Source of the DNA: a virus
Virus record (IMG/VR): IMGVR_UViG_3300049855_000474
Location: 89,376-153,375 of that record
Length of the DNA stretch: 64,000 nucleotides
Direction: 5' to 3' (one strand)
The notes beneath the pieces are model-generated. The model was not told where the DNA came from. It made no database searches and saw only the letters and a list, made by a program, of their open reading frames with translations. Position numbers and translations under genes: made by a program. Shown piece by piece: positions 17,592 to 25,012 of the stretch; the stretch's first letter is position 1; every line of letters begins with the position of its first letter.

Positions 17592-18719
17592 ATGCCTGTT
17601 AAAGGATATAGACCGCCTGACGTAGACAGGGTCACCACCGATACTGACGTGTTGGATGACTTGGTTCAGCGCCATGTGCGCGAAGACCTACTTCCAATGA
17701 TCGCACAGAAATCTAGAAATGCCCTCAATGTTACACCGGTCTACATTGAGTATTTTCAAAGGCTCAAGACAGGCAGGCGCTGTTCTTGCTTTACTGTAGA
17801 AACGGATGCAGGCGGTCAATGTCCAGCCTGCTTTGGTACAGGTATCGTAGGCGGATACACTAAACGTGGTACCAAAACGGAAGTATTTGACGTTACCTAC
17901 CAAAATGTAGTGGCGGCTAACGTCCAAGCGGATTACAGTAATAGTACAAGACCTGTTTACTGGACCCTGGTGGATACAGCGGTCTATGGAACCCTAGAGT
18001 TTACAGTACAGGTTAATAAAAATTGTGGTCTTCTGGACGTTTACGAAATTAGAGACTATCAACCTACAGGCACTCTGATTCAGTACTTTGTGAGGGCAGA
18101 CGACGAAATCAACTTCGTAGCTATGACCCGAGCAGCACTAGAACAACGGCTAACAACAAGTTTTCTACATTTCAAAATTACAATAAAACGTAATAGTCCG
18201 GCAGCACCTCTACCGAAACTACAATTGTTTAGGTTTTCTTATCGGCTGCTTCGTTTGTCTTGTTTGCGTGCGGATATCCCGAGAGTAACAGAAAGCCAAA
18301 CACTAGAAGAGCTAGGACTCTATCAAAGCTGGACTAATCAGTCATATTTTCTAGACAACACGCTCAAAAACTGCTCAACCGAGGATTTTCTGATAAACCT
18401 ACAGGATAATACAAGATGGAAGGTAAACGAAGTAAAGGGAAATGCTCCACTGAACATCACCTTGTCGTGGGACCTAACTTGCCGTCTTGTTCTTGATACA
18501 GAACCTTATGCACTGGTACCAGCAGGCGTCGTAGATTCGAGTGTTTTGCCTTCTCAATTTATACGTTCTATACAAACTGACAAAGAGATTGTGGAACAGA
18601 CTCAACTTAATCCTGGGCATTTACGTCTACCTGGGAACAGGGCGGATCAAACTAACGTCAATCAAAGCCCCGTCGCGCCTGGTATTGCAGATGTGGCAAA
18701 ACCTAGTCGAAATACGTAA
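17592..18719 (+). CDS. putative head-completion/neck protein
   Basis: GRRCSC...CPACFGTGIVGGY motif characteristic of large-myophage neck proteins; SD AGGAG. Confidence 0.65.
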   Translation: MPVKGYRPPDVDRVTTDTDVLDDLVQRHVREDLLPMIAQKSRNALNVTPVYIEYFQRLKTGRRCSCFTVETDAGGQCPACFGTGIVGGYTKRGTKTEVFDVTYQNVVAANVQADYSNSTRPVYWTLVDTAVYGTLEFTVQVNKNCGLLDVYEIRDYQPTGTLIQYFVRADDEINFVAMTRAALEQRLTTSFLHFKITIKRNSPAAPLPKLQLFRFSYRLLRLSCLRADIPRVTESQTLEELGLYQSWTNQSYFLDNTLKNCSTEDFLINLQDNTRWKVNEVKGNAPLNITLSWDLTCRLVLDTEPYALVPAGVVDSSVLPSQFIRSIQTDKEIVEQTQLNPGHLRLPGNRADQTNVNQSPVAPGIADVAKPSRNT

Positions 18720-18731
18720 ACGAGGAAGAAA

Positions 18732-19076
18732 ATGGCGACGATTACTATCAAGATAAATACTGCGACAGTACCGGAAAAAGCGGTTATCGTTCTAGGTGAT
18801 TATCAACACGTCAAAAATTTGAGTCAGACTGTATCGGTAAACAAACCTCCGGTAGTCAGCACACATCACGGAGTTTCTAGGACACAGGAGTCCTTTATAG
18901 GCGGTTTAGTAATCAGTCAGTACGAGCAATCGTACGACCAGGAAATTTTCAAGCGATGGAACTGGGGAATGATCGCCGAACTAGCCACATTGATTGAGAA
19001 AAACAAAGTTTCTGTGAAATTAGATGGGGCAGCCCAAACAGCAACCCAAATACGAGCAATGTACACTTCGACGTAA
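18732..19076 (+). CDS. hypothetical protein
   Basis: SD GAGG, ORF in run. Confidence 0.65.
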   Translation: MATITIKINTATVPEKAVIVLGDYQHVKNLSQTVSVNKPPVVSTHHGVSRTQESFIGGLVISQYEQSYDQEIFKRWNWGMIAELATLIEKNKVSVKLDGAAQTATQIRAMYTST

Positions 19077-19085
19077 AGCTAAAAT

Positions 19086-19385
19086 ATGAAACCTACATAC
19101 ACCGAGAAGAGCATCGAAGGTATTCACTACTTCGCAATGTCAAAGACCGCCGCTGTTTCACAGGTGGTCCTTCGAATTTGTGAACTAGCAATATTGCATC
19201 GAGCGCATTTCGGAGATGTCATTCTTGACTTATCCGATGCTAAAGATTCAGATATCCCTTTACTCAATAGAGCTGTAAAGAAGTTGGTAGCGACCAATAG
19301 AAAAGTCGTAACCATAGGCAAACAATTTCAAAATATGCCCGTGCATACATCTATACAGTCTGCGGTGTCAGCCTTGAAGGATTAA
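19086..19385 (+). CDS. STAS-like (anti-sigma antagonist-like) protein
   Basis: VILDLSDAKDSD...KKL...KVVTIG...VHTSIQSA matches the STAS layout. Confidence 0.5.
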   Translation: MKPTYTEKSIEGIHYFAMSKTAAVSQVVLRICELAILHRAHFGDVILDLSDAKDSDIPLLNRAVKKLVATNRKVVTIGKQFQNMPVHTSIQSAVSALKD

Positions 19386-19413
19386 AGTTTTAATGTAACC
19401 AGGAGAAGAGCCT

Positions 19414-19611
19414 ATGGCGTACGTTGTAGTGGATATGGTTAATGATACCGAAGAAATTCTCTGCAGTGATAAATGTTGCGCAAGTTGCAACTGTTCATTA
19501 GAGAACTGCACAACCTACGCAGCGGGGGCTTCGCAGATATGCGTCGATTGCGCCAAACAAGAAGCTGCAAAGTATCATGAACATGTGATGCCTAGGCTTG
19601 AAACTTACTAA
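19414..19611 (+). CDS. small Zn-finger protein
   Basis: CASC...CVDC; SD AGGAG. Confidence 0.6.
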   Translation: MAYVVVDMVNDTEEILCSDKCCASCNCSLENCTTYAAGASQICVDCAKQEAAKYHEHVMPRLETY

Positions 19612-19677
19612 ATTTCCTTTAGTTTACTCTTAGCTTAATCTTTGGCTTACCACCTTACACACTAAAGGTGCTCAGCC

Positions 19678-19974
19678 ATGTCTAATACTATTATAGCTCT
19701 TGTAAGATGTACAGGATGTGAGGTAGACAGCCTGGCTCGTATCGTTCTTCAAGAACGTGAAGGTCAACCTTTCCGCTGTATTGAGCCTCCTAGACCCTGG
19801 CTATATGTATGGGCTGCTACAAGCAGTAAAGAAAAAGATTCAGTCTTCGCATGCTGTCGCTGGTGTGCTCGTGATATTATGGCGGAAATCGTCAACACGA
19901 CCAATGAAAAGATTGTGTACTCCTGGTGTGAGCAGACACAAGTTAGGGAGCGGTACGAGGTCAAAGATGAATGA
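19678..19974 (+). CDS. hypothetical Zn-binding protein
   Basis: CTGC...CCRWC. Confidence 0.6.
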   Translation: MSNTIIALVRCTGCEVDSLARIVLQEREGQPFRCIEPPRPWLYVWAATSSKEKDSVFACCRWCARDIMAEIVNTTNEKIVYSWCEQTQVRERYEVKDE

Positions 19975-20079
19975 GAGTCGTTATATAATTGAAGGATGCG
20001 AAAAGTGTATCCAAGGCAGTATAAGCCTAATACACTAGTAATTTCGAGAACCTCCAAGGAAGGAAGGAGGACGGGGTCA

Positions 20080-20583
20080 ATGACTAAAAGCAAAAAGTCG
20101 ATTAAGAAAACTCTAAATCGACCGAAACGTGTTTTGGGTCTTGACCCCGGTTAAATTTGCACCGTGAACTTTGCATTTAGTTTCTTAGTAGACGGCACAC
20201 TAGAGGAAACTGGTTGGTTAAAGCCTCAACCGAATGTCACAGATGACGCTGCTTTCCTTAATAACATCATAGAACTAATTCTTAGACTAAAGCCAGATGC
20301 CATAATAGCAGAACGCTATATGTTTCGTGGTATACAGAGCATACAAACTGAGCTAATTAGCCAAATGCTGGGACGCATAGCCATTATCACCAGGTATTAT
20401 CTAGGTCAAGAATTGTATCAGATTACAGCGTCGCAATGGAAAAACTTCTATAAAGTCAAGAAGCTAAAGAACGGTGTATACGACCTGTTCCCAGAAGACA
20501 CAGAGAGATTTGACCTAATCCACCAAGTGGACGCTGCCTGTATCGCTAAATACGGACAAGAGCGTTGGTGTTTACTAAAATGA
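20080..20583 (+). CDS. ruvC: RuvC-like Holliday junction resolvase interrupted by an in-frame TAA (20152-20154)
   Basis: SD GGAGG + ATG 20080 gives ...RVLGLDPG*ICTVNFAFS in frame with ORF 20164-20583 (IIAER, SQWK, HQVDAACIA). Confidence 0.8.
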
Positions 20584-20867
20584 CAGATTTCAACAAAGAA
20601 TATCCAGCCTGGTCAGTAAATAAACAAGAAGCCAAGAAAATTGGGGATCGTTTAGGTGTGGACTGGACAAGATTCCCTATCGAAGAGTTTCAAAAAGGGA
20701 TTGAAATTGAGTTCGAACACGTGACCGACATCGTGGAAGCTGCTCGGATTGCTATTATGCACCTAGTAGAATCTAAAACTTACTACAGGGACTTGGAGAG
20801 TGTTGAAAATAAAAAGGTCTCCGAGCACAGAAAAGTTCTCCTTGCCTTTATTAGGCAAGATCGATAG
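20580..20867 (+). CDS. DUF5661-like protein
   Basis: EEFQKGIEIEFEH...ARIAIMHLVESKTYY motif (family recalled from memory). Confidence 0.65.
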   Translation: MTDFNKEYPAWSVNKQEAKKIGDRLGVDWTRFPIEEFQKGIEIEFEHVTDIVEAARIAIMHLVESKTYYRDLESVENKKVSEHRKVLLAFIRQDR

Positions 20868-20869
20868 TT

Positions 20870-21150
20870 AAGCTCACCTACCATGTGTAGGTAGAGTAAC
20901 GGGGTTGTTAGGCAACCCCAGCCTTTTCACAGCAAGCTAGGCAATAGTGCTGACCTGACGGGTCCTTGCTGTAAAACCGACGTTGAAAAGCGTCCGTTAC
21001 GGAAACACTCAGCGCCCCGGCAAGTCTGGTTCAAAGAGTGAGACTCTAATGTCTAGGAGGGAATCATATGGAACTATGTAGTCTAGAGGCATGCAACCCC
21101 GAGCCGGCAGGTAAGCAGCAAAGTCGAGCCTAATATTCCCTGAAAACTTA
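20870..21150 (+). ncRNA. structured non-coding RNA with group-I-intron-like elements
   Basis: No credible ORF; dense helices (ACCTAC/GTAGGT, GGGGTTG/CAACCCC, ACAGCAAG/CTTGCTGT, GTGCTGA/TCAGCGC, GACGTT-GAAA-AGCGTC, AGGGAAT/ATTCCCT); followed by a terminator. Confidence 0.65.
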
Positions 21151-21151
21151 C

Positions 21152-21178
21152 AAAGCCCACCAAAAAGGTGGGCTTTCC
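21152..21178. terminator. bidirectional intrinsic terminator
   Basis: AAAGCCCACC-AAAAA-GGTGGGCTTT between convergent transcription units. Confidence 0.75.
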
Positions 21179-21183
21179 TAATT

Positions 21184-22158
21184 CTAGACAACTCGATTGA
21201 ATTCCTCTTGAAGAGAGGAGATATCCACTCGAATAGGACCGTAGTTTTCAATCATGCGATCCTGAATAACCGATGTTTTTTCACTGAAAGCGGCTAACCA
21301 AGTAGGCGCCTTACCCACACGCTTAGTCAAAGCCAGAGAATTATCGGGAACTTCCTCAGGAAATAAATCAGAAAGACCAAAATGCAGATGCTCTTGAAGG
21401 AGCCCATTTAGTAATTTAGAGGAGAGACCTAATGCTTCCTCTAAGTTACCTTGGGTGTTATACTTACGAATGGCCCAATTCAAGACCTCTGTAATCTCAA
21501 CCCCGCACGAAGATTCCAAAGATAGGACATGAACAGGCTTAGAAATCGAACAAGAAATACTACAATACTTATACCCATGATCTTCAATAGGAGCTTCGGT
21601 TAATGGTTGTTCACAAACAGAACATACAGAAAAATTCAACAAAGTTACAAAACGAGAATCGATCTCATACCCAGAGGTAGTATCTACCGATTCCTGACGT
21701 AAGAATAGCAATGCTTTATTGGTATCCTCGGTAATTTGCTTATGAGGGGTCCCGAGAATCATGCTCAACTCCAAGGTACTGAGCGTATCTACCTTGTGCT
21801 TACTCATATAAACTAAAATACAGTTTCGTACTCCTGGGTAGGTAGTGTAAAAAGAACAGTCACGAAGAGCACAATCAGTAATAATAGGCTCACCATGAAC
21901 TTTACACTTGACGTCTCCGACCTTAGCGCGAGCGGTTTGCCATAAACCTAACTTCTGAAGAGCCGAAACTGCCATATTCTTATCAAATATTGACATAATC
22001 TCTAATGATTTAGGCATATTACAAGCACTACAGGCTTGTAATGCTGGTAAACCACTTTGAGAGAGTTCGGATTCTAGCTGATCGCAAGTTGAACTACGTT
22101 CGAGTCCGTGCTTACAAGAAGCATCTTTTAGTACAGTCAAAGTATATTTTGATGACAT
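21184..22158 (-). CDS. Cys-rich protein with sigma-region-4-like HTH (putative transcription regulator)
   Basis: Several CxxC pairs; TLSTLELSMILGTPHKQI...ALLFLR HTH pattern. Confidence 0.55.
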   Translation of the reverse strand: MSSKYTLTVLKDASCKHGLERSSTCDQLESELSQSGLPALQACSACNMPKSLEIMSIFDKNMAVSALQKLGLWQTARAKVGDVKCKVHGEPIITDCALRDCSFYTTYPGVRNCILVYMSKHKVDTLSTLELSMILGTPHKQITEDTNKALLFLRQESVDTTSGYEIDSRFVTLLNFSVCSVCEQPLTEAPIEDHGYKYCSISCSISKPVHVLSLESSCGVEITEVLNWAIRKYNTQGNLEEALGLSSKLLNGLLQEHLHFGLSDLFPEEVPDNSLALTKRVGKAPTWLAAFSEKTSVIQDRMIENYGPIRVDISSLQEEFNRVV

Positions 22159-22261
22159 ATGCTAGCTTTTACAGTTAATGGTTATATATTTGGGAGGATA
22201 CCTAACCCTCTTGTCTGTTTATCTAAAGACAATTCGCCGTTTCAGGAACCAGGAGAAAACA

Positions 22262-23092
22262 ATGAGTAATAAGATACTCGAGCGATTCGCGGCGAAGACC
22301 GCTAAAGCGGGACTTGCTTCCCGTGGTGATATGTATGTTACGGATGTACAGAGAATTGATAATTCCAAATGCCGAGTGCTTGTTGGTTATTCAAAACTAG
22401 CAGGCGGGGTACCAACGATCCCACAGCTGGAGCAATATTTTCAGCAAACTTTCGGCAACAAAGTGATTGCCCAGACTAGTTCGGCTCAAAGCCATGAAGC
22501 AGAAGCGGCTATTAGCTTGCTTGTCACTCTGAATACGCCTAGTCGACCACTTTCGGATATGAATGATATGATCCGAGTGTCGGCAACTTCTTTCATGGAT
22601 GAGAATACGAAGCATCTCTGGCAGGTGGTGGACACAGGCTCCAACAAGTATCTCACTCGCGAAGCGGAAGAGAATGTTGCGGAGATCGTGGAAGCACGTC
22701 GTTCGCGTACGAGCAAGAAAGAAGCTCGTTTCGTGAATCTTAAGACAGCGGCTCCCATGGCTATGGCAGGTGATACGGTCAAGTTTATGAGCCCACAGAA
22801 TGTGGTTCTAATGGGTGAGATTTCTACCATCAGCGACGCCAAGGCTACAATAAAAGCTAACGGAGGCTCTTTCTCTGTGGATCGACAAGCCATTATCCAG
22901 GTGGTGGAGCGTGCTTCGAAATCTGTCCAGAGCAACAAGAATATTCTTGAAGACTATTTTACTAAAGCCTACGGCGACCCTGCATTTGCCAAGCAGCTAA
23001 CGGATAAGCAGTCCCAGGACCTTCACGGTCTTGGTACTACTGTACCAGCTACCCCTTCCGTAAAGGTACCAGGACGCAAAGACGGCGAGTGA
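22262..23092 (+). CDS. hypothetical protein, probably virion/head-associated
   Basis: SD AGGAG before ATG 22262; followed by a terminator. Confidence 0.7.
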   Translation: MSNKILERFAAKTAKAGLASRGDMYVTDVQRIDNSKCRVLVGYSKLAGGVPTIPQLEQYFQQTFGNKVIAQTSSAQSHEAEAAISLLVTLNTPSRPLSDMNDMIRVSATSFMDENTKHLWQVVDTGSNKYLTREAEENVAEIVEARRSRTSKKEARFVNLKTAAPMAMAGDTVKFMSPQNVVLMGEISTISDAKATIKANGGSFSVDRQAIIQVVERASKSVQSNKNILEDYFTKAYGDPAFAKQLTDKQSQDLHGLGTTVPATPSVKVPGRKDGE

Positions 23093-23125
23093 AGCAGCAG
23101 ACGAGAGTTAGGTAATTGAAGAATT

Positions 23126-23160
23126 GGCCTGTGCCTGAGAAGGCCCAGGTCATTTTTTTT
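23126..23160 (+). terminator. intrinsic terminator
   Basis: TGGCCTG.GCCT-GAGA-AGGC.CAGGTCA followed by a T run. Confidence 0.8.
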
Positions 23161-23177
23161 GGAACCAAGTACGATAC

Positions 23178-23183
23178 TGTAAA
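23178..23183 (+). promoter_or_regulatory. TGTAAA putative phage-sigma promoter element (one of about 10 copies)
   Basis: Same hexamer lies 8-11 nt before several SD-less ATGs (1036, 22158, 23192, 31245, 34402). Confidence 0.5.
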
Positions 23184-23191
23184 GGTCTAAG

Positions 23192-23806
23192 ATGTCACAA
23201 GAATCATGTGAAATTTGCGAACTGGATATCACGACAGTAGAGCAAGTGAAACAATTATACCAATCTGGACAAGAGCCTGAAGAGATCGGTATAACTTTAG
23301 GTATCGACTTTGAGAGCCTTCAGAAGCATTGTCACGCCTGTATTAAACGACCAAGAAGCCAGCAAGAGCGCTATCGAGAGCTAATCGACCAGCTAGAGGA
23401 AGATGTCGGGCATGCTCGACAGGCTATGATTAAAAGACCCGATTCTCCCGGATTACAGCAAGGCTACGCTAGAATAGTTACGGAATATCGCGATGCTATT
23501 TCTAAAAACGAAGACCTGATTAAACCTGAAGATACGGTTACAGACCTTATAGTTAGGGTTATTAATCCACTGATTCGGGAAACCCTAAAGGGTATCACCG
23601 AAGAGATTGCTAAGCTACGAGGCGAGTTACAAGCAGCAGGGATAGCCCCGGACATAGCTGCCAAACTCCTGGAAGAATTTTTCAAGCGGTCTGCGATACG
23701 CCTCAAAGCAACAACAACAGGAGCTGTCATAAACATGAATAGCTATTTTGGTGCTGTAGATGACCCGATGAAAAAAGATCGCACAATAGAGAAAACAATT
23801 CAGTAA
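23192..23806 (+). CDS. putative terminase small subunit
   Basis: CEIC + HTH + SLQKH..AC N-terminus, helical body, close to TerL. Confidence 0.5.
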   Translation: MSQESCEICELDITTVEQVKQLYQSGQEPEEIGITLGIDFESLQKHCHACIKRPRSQQERYRELIDQLEEDVGHARQAMIKRPDSPGLQQGYARIVTEYRDAISKNEDLIKPEDTVTDLIVRVINPLIRETLKGITEEIAKLRGELQAAGIAPDIAAKLLEEFFKRSAIRLKATTTGAVINMNSYFGAVDDPMKKDRTIEKTIQ

Positions 23807-23824
23807 AAGCTGACTGGGGAGCAC

Positions 23825-25012
23825 ATGAAATTTCTGAATTTCGACAAAACAATCGACAAAAAGGTCAAAGAAGAGGATTCTAAGAAAGAAGATGCATCTA
23901 AGAAAGATGAATCTGAAGAGTCTAAGGATAAAGGCAGAGAAAAAGACGAAAGTTCTGGGGAAGAGGTTAAAGGAGAGCCTGCTAACCAGACTTACAAGAC
24001 CGATAGCCCCACGGACCTCAGTAGTGATGCTTGTCTGCCTTGGGGCACTTCTCCTTATAATCTCAAGCCTGGTCATGGACAAGCTCTTGTGGATGTACTT
24101 CGGCGTGTTGCTTCAGATGTTCGTGAGCTTGCTGGATTAAAGATTGCTAAAGGTTTGGAGGATGGTCCTGCGCCAGCTTCCAGTGAAGTCAATTGGGATC
24201 ATGCTTTCTCTGTCATTGAGGACACTTTCAAGAAGAACAATCTTCGGCTAGTGAACTTCGAAGATCGGTCACAGCCTGGGTCTATTCCATACTACATCAA
24301 GAATACATCAGACGGAATTCTATTTTGGGTTACCCCTAGACCCCACACGGATAAACCAATATACGAAGCCATCAAAGCATTGAAGGCAGCGGGTATTGTT
24401 GCTCTACGACGTGAAAGTGGCATTTTGATAATGGCGGCTATGCCCACCCAAGACGGTCACCCTGCTGATGAGGTGGCACGATTTAGCAAAGGAACGCATC
24501 TAGAGACCAAAGATCAGCGCGACGGTACCTGGCATAAAGTAGAGATCGAAGGTGTAACTATTCGTTACAAGTTCGATCCTACAAGCAATAGAATGGAAGT
24601 CCACTGCCATAGGGGAGACAAGGGTCTCATCAATACAAAAGCAGAGTTCTTATTGAATCATGCCAACTCTCGCCAATTGGCGAAGGTACTCAAGTACCAG
24701 GCGGTGCGATTCACCAAGATGTTTGATCCAGCTACCTACGGGCTTCACGCTGAGATGGATCCTTTCCGCTTAAAGAAGCATGTGCTGATTTACTGCGGCA
24801 AGGGGAAAACACTAGTGATTGGACCAGACGACCAGGCGTTTCTAGTTACTTCAAAGGGTGAATATCCTCTATGCAAGGAAGAGGGGCGAGTTGCTCTCAA
24901 CCCAAACCTAACCTTTGTAAAGCTTCAGGATATTAAAACCTTGAAGTTCGTCCATGGGGACATTTGGGTTAAGTTCGGACATCTATTACAGAAACGCGGG
25001 TTGCTTGTCTAA
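23825..25012 (+). CDS. hypothetical protein
   Basis: 395-aa ORF, SD GGAG, charged low-complexity N-terminus. Confidence 0.7.
   Translation: MKFLNFDKTIDKKVKEEDSKKEDASKKDESEESKDKGREKDESSGEEVKGEPANQTYKTDSPTDLSSDACLPWGTSPYNLKPGHGQALVDVLRRVASDVRELAGLKIAKGLEDGPAPASSEVNWDHAFSVIEDTFKKNNLRLVNFEDRSQPGSIPYYIKNTSDGILFWVTPRPHTDKPIYEAIKALKAAGIVALRRESGILIMAAMPTQDGHPADEVARFSKGTHLETKDQRDGTWHKVEIEGVTIRYKFDPTSNRMEVHCHRGDKGLINTKAEFLLNHANSRQLAKVLKYQAVRFTKMFDPATYGLHAEMDPFRLKKHVLIYCGKGKTLVIGPDDQAFLVTSKGEYPLCKEEGRVALNPNLTFVKLQDIKTLKFVHGDIWVKFGHLLQKRGLLV

Noticed and set aside
19967-20083. Short ORF MNESRY...LIH followed by TAG TAA and an open continuation, as a second micro-insertion
   Set aside because: No recognisable protein motif spans the stops; TAATTT there may just be intergenic or promoter sequence
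20870-21150. tmRNA, RNase P RNA or IscB omega/HEARO RNA
   Set aside because: No tRNA-like ends or tag frame, no GAGGAAAGUCC motif, and no adjacent IscB/TnpB gene
21009-21251. 80-aa minus-strand ORF across the structured RNA
   Set aside because: It crosses a terminator, overlaps the upstream gene and has no protein features
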